This document shows positions 40,072 to 58,603 of a DNA stretch of 64,000 bases, piece by piece. Both the position numbers and the translations under genes were made by a program. This stretch comes from the human T2T-CHM13v2.0 reference genome, Homo sapiens, in assembly GCF_009914755.1 (NCBI RefSeq), contig NC_060926.1; one strand, given 5' to 3'. Each line of letters opens with the position of its first letter. The first letter of the stretch is position 1. Under the pieces are notes generated by a model. That model was not told the origin of the DNA. It saw only the letters and a list, made by a program, of their open reading frames with translations, and ran no database searches.

Positions 40072-42430
40072 TTAAGCCTCTGATGTTGCACCTCTGGGGA
40101 AGCAGCCTTGGGTATTCCCAGTTACCCTGGGTGATGGTGGTTTGGCAGGGCTTTCTTTTTGCCTGACTACTCACATCTGTTAAGGTCCATTAATCTAGTG
40201 CTAATTGCACTGTTTTCAACAATGCCCTGGGGCATTATGTTGTTCTGCAGACTCATCAACTTTGGTTTCCTTTGAAGAAATAGTTCCCTAAGTCAGTGCC
40301 TGAAATTTCTTCCGAATCCAGGTGGGCTCCTCTCAGCTGTGTCTTTTCCTGTTTTTTTTTGGGCAAATCAGCTGTCCTGTAGTTTAGCCTTTGTATCCAT
40401 TGATTCCTCCAGTCTCTTCTCATTTGCCTCTCACAGCCTCTACTGTTTTTCAGATCATGCTTGCCTGTTTCCTTGCAAATGAACTTCTTTTCTCTGGGAA
40501 GAGATTAAAAGCAGTCTGCTTTATGGTCCACTTCTTTCCACAGGCAAACATCTCCAAGCCCAGGCTCTGGAGTAAGGAGGAAGGAACAATGGTATTTCTT
40601 TCCCAGTGTATCTCTACTGTAGGAGCTGTGCTGGAGGGAGGCAGTAGCCTCAGTTCTTCTTATCTTCACGCTCTTTGTATGGAACCCACAGTTTACAAGC
40701 CAAGACAGCAGTGATTGGTACCCTGACAGCACCATGCCCAAAGTAGAGCCTCCACCTTTCCGGCAGTGACAGATTTGAAGAAGGGAGCCAGCCCCTTACC
40801 TCTTGGTTTCATTCACCTGTAACATCAGCATTAAGTAGCTAGAGGTGTAGCAGCATGAGCCAAACAAACAAACAAAACCCCTCAGACACCGAGTTGAGGA
40901 AGGAAAGGACTTTATTCGGCTGGGAGCATCGGCAGACTTACATCTCAAACAACCGAGCTCCCTGAGTGAGCAATTTCTGTCCCTTTTAAGGGCTTATGAC
41001 TCTTAAGGGTGTCCACGTGAGAGGGTCATGATCGATTGAGCAAGCAGGGGATACATGATTGGGGGCTGCATGCACCGGTAATCAGAACGGAACAGAACAG
41101 TACGGGGATTTTCACAATGCTTTTCCATACAGTGTCTGGAATCTATAGATAACACAAGCAGTTCAGTCATGGGTTGATTTTTAACTACCAGGCCCAGGGC
41201 GTGGCATCGGGCTGTCTGCCTGTGGATTTCATTTCTGCCTTTTAGTTTTTACTTCTTTTTTCTTTGGAGGCAGAAATTGGGCACAAGACAATATGAAGGG
41301 TGGTCTTCTCCCTTAGAGGCAGGATGAGAAATGTTGACATCCTTCCTGTCACAGGAGGACATTGACTGGACCTGTTGGAAGAGGGAACACAGTGCTTATG
41401 GCTACACCAGTCTAGAGTGGAGTTTCTGACTCCTTGAGTTAGGACAGAGCAGCTCCTGGTTCAAAGACCACAGACTCTCACTTTTCTCATAGTCTCTACT
41501 AAATTTTCTTGAATAAATGTTTCTTCATTTGTTCTGTGCTTCCAGCAGTGTTTTTATATTTTTCACCAAATTTTCTGGGGAGTATGTCCATGGAACTCCT
41601 CAAGTTGTCACGCTGAAAGTTTTTTTCATTAGTGGTTCAGTCTCTGCTGGTTATGGGGGTCTGTTCACATTTTCGGTTTCCTCTTGAGTCAGTTTTGGTA
41701 GTTCCACATTTGTGAATTTTAAAATTTTTTCTTCTGTTACTGATTTATAGTTTCATTCAACTGCAATCAGAGAGGATACTTTGTATAATTTAAATTTTTT
41801 TAAATTCGTCGAGACTTGTTTTGTGGCCTCGGTAGCATATGGTCTGTCCTTGAGAACATTCCATATGCACTTGAGAAGAATGTGTGTTCCACTGTTGATG
41901 AGTGAAATGGCTGTTAGGTCTAGTTATTTTATACTGCTGTTCAAGTCTTCTATCTCTTTATTGATCTTCCTCGTTCTCTGCATCATTGAATGTTGGGTAT
42001 TTCTGTCTCCAGCTATTATTGTAGAATTGTCTATTCTCTCTTTAATTCTGTTAGTTTTTGCTTGATATCGTTTGGGGCTCTATTATTTGGTGTATATATG
42101 TTTGTACTTGTCATACCTTCTTGATGAATTGACCCTTTTATCAATAGATAATATCCTTTGTCTCTCGTAACAATTTTTGACTTAAAGTCTGTTTTGTCTT
42201 ATGGTAGCATAGCCACCCAGCTCTCTTCTGCATGAAATACCTTTTTTCATCCTTTCACTTTCAACCTATTTTTGATTTCCATACACAAGAACCCTTAAAA
42301 ATATTCTTCCAGTCTTTTCACATTGCCTATCTGTTGGATCACTTCTTCAGTGCTTAGCCAGGCCATTTGCAACTCTGCCTTAGTCTTCACTTCCTGTTGG
42401 CTCAGCAATGTCAGCCAGCTTAGGACCTTC
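38285..42430 (-). mobile_element. Mosaic of old L1M fragments (3' end, ORF1-region and ORF2-region pieces) hosting a truncated Alu (38668-38875), (CA)n (40040-40068) and LTR2
   Basis: ATATACCTAGGAGTAGAAT...TTTTGAGGAA; CCAGAATTTTATTTGGTTCTTT; CCAGCTATTATTGT...TGAATTGACCCTTTTATC motifs. Confidence 0.6.
40846..41315 (-). mobile_element. Solo LTR2-type (HERV-E/Harlequin, ERV1) LTR
   Basis: Minus strand starts TAAGGGAGAAGACCACCCTTCATATTGTCTTG and ends ...GCTACA; 470 bp; 4-bp TSD GAGG at 40842-40845 and 41316-41319. Confidence 0.85.
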
Positions 42431-42649
42431 TTAGCTGTTTTCTTTTTTTTTTTTCTTTTTATTATACTTTAAGTTTTAGGGTTCATGTGCACAACGTGCA
42501 GGTTAGTTACATATGTATATATGTGCCATGTTGGTGTGCTGCACCCATTAACTCATCATTTAACATTAGGAATATCTCCTAATACTATCCCTCCCCACTC
42601 TCCCCACCCCACAACAGACCCCGGTGTGTGATGTTCCCCTTCCTGTGTT

Positions 42650-46476
<3,827 letters not shown>

Positions 46477-46539
46477 TATGATGTTAGCTGGTTATTTTGC
46501 TCTTTAGTTGATGCAGTTTCTTCCTAGCCTCGATGGTCT

Positions 46540-47555
46540 TTACAGTTTGGCATGTTTGTGCAGTGGCTGGTACCGGTTGTTCCTTTCCATGTTTAGCGCT
46601 TCCTTCAGGAGCTCTTTTAGGGCAAGCCTGGTGGTGACAGAATCTCTCAGCATTTGCTTGTCTGTAAAGGATGTTATTTATCCTTCACTTACGAAGCTTA
46701 GCTTGGCTGGATGTGAAATTCTGGGTTGAAAATTCTTTTCTTTAATAATGTTGAATATTGGCCCCCACTTTCTTCTGGCTTGTAGAGTTTCTGCCGAGAG
46801 ATCAGCTGTTAGTCTGACGGGCTTCCCTTTGTGGGTAACCTGACCTTTCTCTCTGGCTGCCTTAACATTTTTTCCTTCATTTCAACTTTGGTGAATCTGA
46901 CAGTTATGTGTCTTGGAGTTGCTCTTCTCGAGGAGTATCTTTGTGGCATTCTCTGTATTTCCTGAATTTGAATGTTGGCCTGCCTTGCTAGATTGGGGAA
47001 GTTCTCCTGGATAATATCCTGCAGAGTGTTTTCCCACTTGGTTCCATTCTCCCCATCACTTTCAGGTACACCAATCAGACATAGATTTGGTCTTTTCACA
47101 TAGTCCCATATTTCTTGGAGGCTTTGTTCATTTCTTTTTATTCTTTTTTCTCTAAGCTTCTCTTCTCACTTCACTTCATTCATTTCATCTTCCATCACTG
47201 ATACCCTTTCTTTCAGTTGGTCGCATTGGCTACTGAGGCTTGTGCATTCATCACGGAGTTCTCGTGTCTTGGTTTTCAGCTCCATCAGGTCCTTTAAGGA
47301 CTTCTCTGCATTGGTTATTCTAGTTAGCCATTCGTCTAATTTTTTTTCAAGGTTTTTAACTTCTTTGCCATGGGTTTGAACTTCCTCCTTTAGCTTGGAG
47401 TAGTTTGATCGTCTGAAGCCTTCTTCTCTCAACTCGTCAAAGTCATTCTCCATCCAGCTTTGTTCTGTTGCTAGTGAGGAGCTGCGTTCCTTTGGAGGAG
47501 GAGAGGCGCTCTGATTTTTAGAGTTTCCAGTTTTTCTGCTCTGTTTTTTCCCCAT
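46540..47555 (-). pseudogene. L1 ORF1, disrupted
   Basis: MGKKQSRKTGNSKNQSASPPPKERSSS... stops after 129 aa; later fragment KRPNLCLIGVPE... Confidence 0.95.
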
Positions 47556-49121
47556 CTTTGTGGTTTTATCTACCTTTGGTCTTTGATGATGGTGACTTAC
47601 AGATGGGTTTTTGGCGTGGATGTCCTTCCTGTGTTAGTTTTCCTTCTAACAGTCAGGACCCTCAGCTGCAGGTCTGTTGGAGTTTGCTGGAGGTCCACTC
47701 CAGACCCTGTTTGCCTGGGTATCAGCAGTGGAGGCTGCAGAACAGCGGATATTGGTGAACAGCAGATGTTGCTGCCTAATCGTTCCTCTGGAAGTTTTGT
47801 CTCAGAGGAGTACCCGGCCTTGTGAGGTGTCAGTCTGCCCCTACTGGGGGGTGTCTCCCAGTTAGGCTACTCGGGGGTCAGGGACCCACTTGAGGTGGCA
47901 GTCTGTCTGTTCTCAGATGTCCAGCTGCGTGCTGGGAGAACCACTGCTCTCTTCAAGGCTGTCAGACAGGGACATTTAAGTCTGCAGAGGATTCTGCTGC
48001 CTTTTGTTTGTCTTAGCCCTGCCCCCACAGGTGGAGTCTACAGAGGCAAACAGGCCTCCTTGAGCTGCGGTGGGCTCCACCCAGTTCGAGCTTCCAGGCC
48101 GCTTTGTTTAGCTACTCAAGCCTGGGTAGCAGTGGGCGCTCCTCCCCCAGCCTCGCTGCCGCCTTGCAGTTTGATCTCAGACTGCTGTGTTAGCAATGAG
48201 CGAGGCTCCCTGGGCGTTAAGACCCTCTGAGCCAGGTGCGGCACATAATTTCCTGGTGTGCCGTTTGCTAAGACCATTGGAAAAGCACAGTATTAGGGTG
48301 GGAGTGACCCGATTTTCCAGGTGCCCTCTGTCACCCCTTTCTTTGACTAGGAAAGGGAATTCCCTGACCCCTTGTGCTTCCCGGGTGAGGTGATGCCTCG
48401 CTCTGCTTCGGCTCATGCTCGGTGCGCTGCACCCACTGTCCTGCACCCACTTTCCGACACTCCCCAGTGAGATAAACCCAGTACCTCAGTTGGAAATGGA
48501 AAAATCACCCATCTTCTGCGTCGCTCACACTGGGAGCTGTAGACTGGAGCTGTTCCTATTCAGCCATCTTGGCTCCACCCCCCACCTGTTTTCAAGCATG
48601 TGTTTGCCCCTGGGCATACCCATAGCTTTCTAGATTTCCTGGAATATGTGGGAGCTTTTCAAAGCTTTTATTCCCCAGCTTCTTCCTTCCCACGGTTTTT
48701 TGCCTGGTCATTGCTTGTGCCAGCTCTGATTCCTTCTCTAGGTGGCTATAACTAATACATTTGCCTCTTAATGCTTTTGATAAATGCCATATCCCAGAAT
48801 GCTGTCCCCTACCTCAGGGAAGCTCCAAGGCAGGTGAAACTGGCCCTTCAGTCAGTCCTTCAGGGAATTGCCAGACTGGTCAAAGTACATTACAATATGT
48901 TTTAGAATAAGGTCCATCTTGCTCTCTTTGGTACCAGCACCGTATACCAGGAATGAAGGCAAGTGACTTTATATCAGCATCCTGTATCAGGAATGAGGGC
49001 TGATGACTTGGGCGGACCACCAAACTAGGGGAGGGAGCCGTAGTAAGCAGGTTTGTTAAAATGCCACAGCCCTTTCTCACTGAAATTCAGTAGCTTGTTT
49101 CTTCATTAAGCATTCCCTTAG

Positions 49122-49437
<316 letters not shown>

Positions 49438-50604
49438 AGCTGTTAAGTTTTTGATTCAGTTCCAGAGTTTCAAACAAGCTGATTCTGACCATTTCACCAG
49501 CTATTCATTTCTTTTGTGGACGGATGGAGTTTTGGAGCTCTCTACTATTTTGTGACATCTATGTGTATATACATTTTTACATATCTACGAATTTCTACCT
49601 ATATAGTTTAGTGATTCATAGATATTTTTAAAGAATGTCAAGAAATTTATTGGTATGATAATCAACAATTCAGGATACAGGTTACTTCTGGTAAAGAGAG
49701 GAAACATGATGGTGGTAGGGACACACCAGGATGGTGGGTACATGATTGTTTGACATGTGATTCTTTTTTTGTTTTCTGAATATTTGAGATTTTTATATAA
49801 AATTAGATAGTTGTGTGTGTCTATATGACATATATAAAACATTGTGACATTGAAGCATTTTGTTGAAGTAGAAAGTCTTGTGTATGTTTATTTGAATAAC
49901 AAATCTTGCTTTCCCTTTAATAAGTAAAAGTAGGAAATATCACACTTGAAATGCTTAAGACTAGTTTATATGATGGAATAGGGGAGAATCTTTTACTTAT
50001 TTGTTGATGTATATAGATTGATTGTCTTGTGTTTTTCTCTAGATCTTAGTTTCATTGTACCCTCTCTGCAACCTTTTTCTGTAAGAATGAGAATAGGAAG
50101 GCCTGAATGTTAGTAGGTAGTTGATAGTCTGCTGTTTTTATTTTCATTTTTCTTCTTATGAAGAGGAAGAAAAAAATAGAATCCTGGAAATAGCACTGAA
50201 GTGGACTTTGGGAGATCTTTGTCTTTGTTCTTTGTTCTAATATTCATTCAACAGTGTAAATTTGGACAGTTATTATTTTCTGTGCCAGTCCTCATTTGTA
50301 AAATAAGAATTGGAACAATAGGTAAGGCCTGTTTAAGTTTTGTAAAATATGGAAGGGCAGCATGATTCTATGGAAAGAGCATTGACTTTGGAGCCAGGCA
50401 AATTTGTGTTCATCTATTTTCTAATTACTTTAAAGTAAGCTTTCTAAACGCTTTTCTCATCATTAAGATGGTGTATTAACACCCATCTCACAGAGCTACT
50501 GAAGAATGAACAACATATATAATATCTTGTAAAGTGCTCACACATACAGTCTGTTCACTCAGATTCTCCATACCTTTATCTTGTAACTACATCCTTTGAA
50601 GTAA

Positions 50605-50963
<359 letters not shown>

Positions 50964-53854
50964 TGTAGTTTGCTTTTATATATGAATTACATTTGAAGTG
51001 TATATGAAGTATATTTTTATATATGAGGTCTGTTGTGAGTTATACTTCAGGAAGATAATAACTCTTCTAGAGATATTGAAGAACTTTCTCTTTACCCTCC
51101 AGGGTTTCTAAAAGTTTTTTATTTATGTTTTTTGTTAGTATTAAATTATAATAGTATCTTTTTATAAAAGCTTAAAGATTCAGGTTAATGTTTTCTTTGA
51201 TTTCTTTCAATTTACCTTCTACCCCAGGATCTATTACTTAAACAGTAACATAGACACAAGATCTTACGTATTTTCTGTAGTCCATATGAGTTTGAAAATA
51301 ACCATGTTTTCCACTTTTAAAAATAATTACTTATATTTCTGTATTAATTAAAACATAACACATTTATGAAATATGAATAAATAAAAATAAGAAAAAAATC
51401 TCATCAGCCAGAGATAACCTTTTAATATTTAGATGTATTTGACGTTATCACTGAAATGCCAAAGTGCAACTCAGTGCCTCCACCTGCCAGTCTGTTTTTC
51501 TTTATGCACCAGTACCTCTATATACTATTTATATTTATAAAAGCAATGTCTTGTTAGGCATACTGTTTGATTTTTTTTAGATATATAACATATCCTGAAC
51601 ACTTTTCCCTGTCATTAAGAAAATTTAATACACTCTTAATGGTTGCACATTTTCCATGTATTAATAGTGCAGAAATATACTGTGCTCAGAATTATCTTTT
51701 TCACAGTTATAATCATTTTCCTAGGATGTATTTACAGGATGAATCTGACAAAATTTCTTTTGATACTAATTATAAAATTGATCTATAGCAAAGCCTTATC
51801 CCCAGTATAGTGATGTCTGCTTCTCTGCAATTTTGCTGGCTGTAGGGTTTGACGGTTTAAAATAATCTTGGACAGTGCAATAGGTAGAAAACGTTATGGG
51901 TTCTTTTTCTATTTCATTGATTACAAGTGAAGGTAAACTTTTTTTTTTTTTTTTTTTGGTAATCATTCTTCTGTGAAATGCTTGCTCATCTCATCATTTT
52001 TGTGTGTGTGTGAATGTTTTTGAAATCAATGCAAGTTGCCAGAAAACATATAAATGCTTTCATGGACATCAAATAACACCATCTGCATTTTTATACTTTT
52101 AGAAATTGGTAGCTTGTATTTTAGCGTCATTCCCTTCTTGCCAGAAATCTCACTATGAAATAATAAGGGAGATTATTATACTATTTATATTCCCACAAGA
52201 AAAGTATGAGAGTGCCTCTCCTCTTACACTCTCACTCATCTTTTGGATTTTTCCTAGTTTGATAGGTAAAAAGTGGCTTTTTAATTTAGTTTTAATTTTT
52301 ATTTTTCTAATTATAAGTTTCTTTCCTGTGAGTTATTTGCTTATTTTCTTATTTGTAAAAATTCTTCATATATTAAGAAAATTAGTTATATGTGCTATAT
52401 ACATTTCAGATAGTTTTCTTTGTTTACTGTTTTTGAAATTGGTCATAATGGTTTATTTTGTCAGGTTTTTTTACAGTCACTGGCAAAAGTATTGACCAGG
52501 ACACATCCCTCTCATATATTACTAGAGATTTTTCTAACAGATAAGTCTAATAATCATTACTCTTTCAGTACATTTATTTAATTAACTATGAATTTGCCTA
52601 AAATAAATATTCAACTTTTGTTTCTGCTCCTGTTTCTACTCCCAAGTCTGTAGAAAACAATAGTGGTCTGTCTTGGAGAATGTTCCACATGCACTTGAAA
52701 ATAATGTGTGTTCTACTGTTGATGGGTGAAATGGCTGTTAGGTCTAGCTAGTTGTTTTACACTGCTGTTCAAGTCTCCTATTTCTTTTTTTATTTTCCTG
52801 GTTCTGTGCATTATTGAATGTTGGGTATTGCTGTCTCCAACTATTATTGTAGAATTGTCTATTCTGCCTTCAATTCTGTTAGTTTTTGCTAGATATAGTT
52901 TGGGGCTCTATTATGTGGTGTATATATGTTTATACTTGTCATACCTTCTTGATGAATTGACCCTTTTATCAATATATAATATCCTTTATCTCTCATAACA
53001 ATTTTTGCCTTAAAGTCTTGTTTTGTCTGTGGTAGCATAGGGTTCTGCAGACTTCAGTATATATATTGTCATGTAATCTTGAAACCCTCTTACACCTCCA
53101 GAGTGCACTACTTATGTAGCTTATTCTGATTGTGCCTCTTTTAGTAAGTTACAAAGCAGCAGCATCTGGTCACTAATATCCTGGTTAGGTTATGAAGAGG
53201 TAATTATGCATACCATTGGATACAGTACAAGAACAGCTACCTGGGAGGAAATTTTATGACATAGTACGTCTCGGCAAGAAGCACTCTGTTAGGGATGAAG
53301 TCTTATCAGAGAACCTGTTGTCTGAGATAGACGTGGAGTTTTGTAGAAAGTCTGTATTTCTTCTTACAGAGTATTCATTGCCTGTTACATTCCATTCTAT
53401 GTTTTACTTGACGAAAACTTCTGGAGTCTGACAGATGGGTAACTAGTATTTATAGTTCTAACTTTGCAAACCTTTTGGTTTTCATGACTATGTCAATAAA
53501 AAGGTGAAGGAGGATGAACCAGATATTAACTGATGTCATTATGTTTCCATGATATTTTGTGATTTTATGTATATGCTCTTAAAACTATATGTTATTTTAA
53601 AATTTGTGATTTTTTGGAGAACATGCCTTTACAAAATAATCTTATCTATAAATACTAAGTTTGTTTAGATTTCAAGTGTCACATGTTACAAAAACTTACT
53701 TCTTAAAATCATTAAATTTATCTAAAATTCTCACATGTTCCTTCATAATCTAGTTTGGGATAGTAATTGTTTCATGTCTGTTTAAATATGTCTTCCCTCT
53801 TGATTCTGTCGTTTAAACTTTTTAATCAGTACATCAAACTTCTTTCCTTTGTAG

Positions 53855-53914
53855 GTAAGGTACTCAACTGTGTGGGGTACTACATAAATCCTGAAAGACT
53901 ACAATAAAGTGGTG
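53855..53914 (+). other. SPOPL: SPOPL exon 2, 5' UTR portion
   Basis: Acceptor CTTCTTTCCTTTGTAG| at 53854; 60 nt to the ATG with an in-frame TAA at 53885-53887. Confidence 0.8.
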
Positions 53915-53992
53915 ATGTCTCGGGAACCCACCCCACCTCTACCTGGAGATATGTCTACTGGTCCCATAGCAGAAAGCTGGTGTTACACACAG
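53915..53992 (+). CDS. SPOPL: SPOPL coding exon (exon 2), aa 1-26
   Basis: [30 protein letters not shown]-family N-terminus but distinct from SPOP (MSRVPSPPPPAEMSSGP); donor CAG|GTACAT. Confidence 0.95.
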
Positions 53993-54180
53993 GTACATGC
54001 TCTTAAAAATCCCTCACTTTATGTCACTTATAAATTTTACAGTATGTTGAGAATAGTATTGTGAAACACTTTGCCATAGTTATTAGAAGTGTTAGAAGAC
54101 TGGATCGTAGGATGTTGAACATGTAACAAGTTAAAAGTATTACCGTCATCATTATAAAAGTGGTTTTCTGAATCTCTTAG

Positions 54181-54302
54181 GTTAAAGTAGTAAAATTTTC
54201 CTATATGTGGACCATTAATAACTTCAGTTTTTGTCGAGAGGAAATGGGTGAAGTGTTAAAAAGTTCAACATTTTCATCTGGCCCAAGTGACAAAATGAAA
54301 TG
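54181..54302 (+). CDS. SPOPL: SPOPL exon 3 (MATH domain)
   Basis: 122 nt, TAG| ... TG|GTAAGA; [41 protein letters not shown]. Confidence 0.96.
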
Positions 54303-54495
54303 GTAAGATTTTTGTTTGCTTTGAATTTTTGTTTTTTGTTTTTGATGTGATCATCAGCTGCTCATGATTTTGTTATCATTTTTCCTGAATGAGTATTAAT
54401 GTAATTTCATATTAGATTGGTAGTATGTTCCTAATAGTGTGGGGAATTATAAAGAACTGTGAGGATGTTGACAGGAGTGCTGTTTGTGACATTAA

Positions 54496-54759
<264 letters not shown>

Positions 54760-56231
54760 TGATTTGCAAACTAAGTGAAGACATTTCTGTATAACTACAT
54801 ATTATGACTTCTTCTGCACCTTTACCTAGAAAAGTCTGGGACTTTTTTCTGCTAAAATCTGCTTAACCTGAAACTTTTAATTTGACCATTATTTAAATCC
54901 AGCATAGAGCTATAATTATTTTACTGAGTCTTAGACTTCGTAAAACATGTAAAAATGATTAATAATATTACTTCTTCATGTCCTAAAATGACATCCAGTT
55001 GTCACTTAGAAAAATAGTTGCTGTTAGGGCAAGGTGCCTGGTTCAGTGCTTGGCATATATAATACGTGCTCAGGAAGCATTTCTCTCTTGCCTTTTTTTG
55101 CCAGGTAATAAAATCTGAAGAACAATGAGAAAGAGATAGAGTGCCCTGATACTTTGTCACTAGAGTTTTTTGAGCAGTAGATTGAACACTGACTGAAAGG
55201 AGCCATTTTTCTTAGTTTCAGGGCCTATTAATTTCAGTCCAAAATTCACATATATAGCCAGCTGAAATGCAGTAGCCTGAGCTTCATAATAGAAGAGTGA
55301 TGTAGGAAATGTACGTTGTGTGTGGCAGGAGAATAATATTTTCTAGAAATGAATCGCAGAATCAAGTAACTTGATTACAGAAAATTCACATTCACATACA
55401 TTTTTAAATAATGTATTGCTAAAATAATATATATTTTCACATTGTCTCACCTTAAGATAGTGGAGTATTTCAGGTAGATTGATTACTAATTTTCCACTTC
55501 CATTTTATTCTTTGTATAATAGATAATGAATACTTTCTGTAGAGGATCTTGTTTACTGCCTAGTATATAGTTGTTATAGACTACCTTAGGCATTTGAAAT
55601 ATTTGCTTCAGATGTTTATTAAATCTATTACAAATTACACAAAAAGCATCTTTTGGACTTTTATGAAAAATTCTTTTTAGGGGAGAGGAGGTTATGTCTA
55701 GAGACTTAGGAATGATAAAGGACTTTCTTTATCTTTTTCACAGGTTCATGGATTTTTCTATAGTTGAATAAAAAATCGGTGGGATGGGTATGTCAGGAAA
55801 GCTTAAACATGCCTTGATATTTAGAACATCCATTTTTGAAGGGAGAAGCAGGAAATAAGATGTATGTTTCTTACCAGATTCTGATATTAGATGATTAGTG
55901 TGCCTATACCAACATATTTTGATCCTATTTCATTGTCTTTTAGGGCCAATCTTAGATTGTTAAAAAGATCTCTTCCTTCTCCATGTGATTTGATCTGACT
56001 TTTCTATTTGAGATCCAGAAGTCTGAAATTGAGCTCATTGACAATGGCCAAAATTGAGTAGGCATATGGAGTTACTGTTTCTACCTGACTTAAAACTCTT
56101 ATGACATTTGATTTATAAACACAAATATCGGTAACTTTTATGATGGATGTATTGACAAGTCCTGTTTTCACACATTTTATTTAACTGTGTTACCATGTTT
56201 AAAAAGTCTCTTGGATATTTATTTTATTTAA

Positions 56232-56420
<189 letters not shown>

Positions 56421-58603
56421 TAGTGATATGGCAAAAGTATAAACTGGATTAATAACACTTTAAAATTAAGTAATTGGTATAGTTGATTGAGTTTCATTTG
56501 TAAATTCTTGACTAGAAAAAGCTTAGAAAATTCTTGACACAAATCAGTGTAATGACCCAGTCTGGAAACACTCTGTCATATTTCTAGCTATAATTTGTGT
56601 GTACACTTATACTACAACATACTACATCCTTCTTCCTCTTGAAAAGATTGTGAATGTGAATATGTGAACATTCCTAAATATTTTCTTCATTCTGAGTAAC
56701 TGACATAGATTGTCAATTTTTAAAAAATTTTCAGATTGATTGTATTAAACATTATTACTGAGAATTTATCAGTTTGAACCCGAAGTACCTGGAAAACATT
56801 GAGAAGCTTTCTGATTGTTCAGGCGGTTGGATTAATCTAATTAAATAGCATTCTAAGAAATAGTTCTCAGATTTTTAAGATATGCCCGTGTCTATTGACA
56901 AACTTATAAGGTGTAATTATGTGCATAGAATGGGATATTTTGAAAGTTACTAGCATTGCCTCTGCCAATAATGTACACTTATGATTTGTCCTAATTTGAT
57001 GTTTGGATTTGCTTTTGTCATGTTATCATTAGGTAGTTTTATCTATATGAATTTTTGAGATTCACCTTTGGACTGAATTCAAGGATTATATTTTTAACCT
57101 GTACAGTTTATAGAGAATATACATCAGTAACAATTTTATCAAAATGTTTAAGGCAGTTGATAATTTTCATAAGAAAGATAGTTGAAAAGATTTTTATCAT
57201 GTACTCAACATTAGATATATTTCAACAGATTATCATGGACAGATGAGTGTCTTAGGAATATAATAACTTCTTAACTATAAGCTGTAATCTTTTTATAGTA
57301 AGTGTATAAGATTTCTTGGCAAGATTACAAACTAATTGTATGACATTATGTCAGAAGAATAATTGAAATATGCCTCCAGAGACTATATAATTGCATCTTA
57401 TTTTTTACTTAGACAAGTTAAATGAACTGTATGATGAATTTATTATGAATACAATTATTTGGTTGACAAACACATAGCACAAGTCTTATCATTAAATAAC
57501 TGGGAAGAAAACAGTATTTGTTGCTGATCAGCAGATATTCTAAGTAGTAGTCTAAATAAATATAGGTTATGCTATATAAAATTTTTAGCATCCTTACTGT
57601 AGAGTCTTCCAGAATTTTAGCAGTTATCCTAAATTTCCACATGTAAATTGTTTAAATGTTAATTTAGAACAGAAAGGATCTTAAAGGCTATTTAATCCAA
57701 TTTTTAACAAAAACAAAAAATGACCAGCTAAAATAGTTTTAGAAATGAACCTTTTTAGAAAATACCTTTTTTTTTTTTTTTTTTTTAGAATTGAAATAGT
57801 GTTTGCAGATATTTTCCTAAGTACACTGTGCTGGAACCTAGACAACCAAGAAATTCAGAAATAAGGCTGAAATTAAGATTTTTTTTTTGTATGCTTGGTA
57901 TCCATATGCTACATGCTAGTGACCCCCAAAAACAAAACCCAACATGACATATATTTTAAAGTTGGCATCAATCAGATTCATTTTTGGATCCTGAAATATA
58001 CATCTTTTTGCTGATATAGGTATTTATACCCTGGGCACCGTATTTAGCATAGGTGGGCAAAAGGTACTTTTAACTAACATTCTTCATGCCCTCCACTGTT
58101 TGTTCCACCCCGCTCACGGATGCCCTTCCTTCTACAGAATCTCCAGCACTGCTTGCAGAAGAGGAGGAAGCATTGCACTACCCTTCCTAAAGAACTGCCT
58201 CCTCCCCCTCCCCTGCAAGTGGTGCTGTAGACAGGTAAGGCAGTTGGGTGCTACCCTTTTTGCACAAAGCGTAACTTAATCTTGCAAGTTCCCTACAGTG
58301 GTTAAAGTAGCCAGAGATAGAGATTGGTAGCAGTGTAAGCAGCTCTGCCCTCTTTCCCAAAGTGATGCAGAAAATAGGAATTGAGAAATAAGTAGGAAAA
58401 CTAGAAAACTGGTTAGTTTAATTTATCTTTTGAAATTCAACAGATTTTAAATACTCAGTCTACAGACCCATACCATTTCATGATATACAGGAAAAATGTA
58501 TGTACAGATAAAATATATATAAACAAGTATTTCATGAGGTTTAACTAGCTCCTTTTTAAGGACACATCTTTTTTCCCATCCTGTTTATCTTTTGCTAAGA
58601 TAG

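Noticed and set aside
53216-53431. 71-aa ORF just upstream of exon 2
   Set aside because: Starts at TTG, has no recognisable homology and no convincing splice sites
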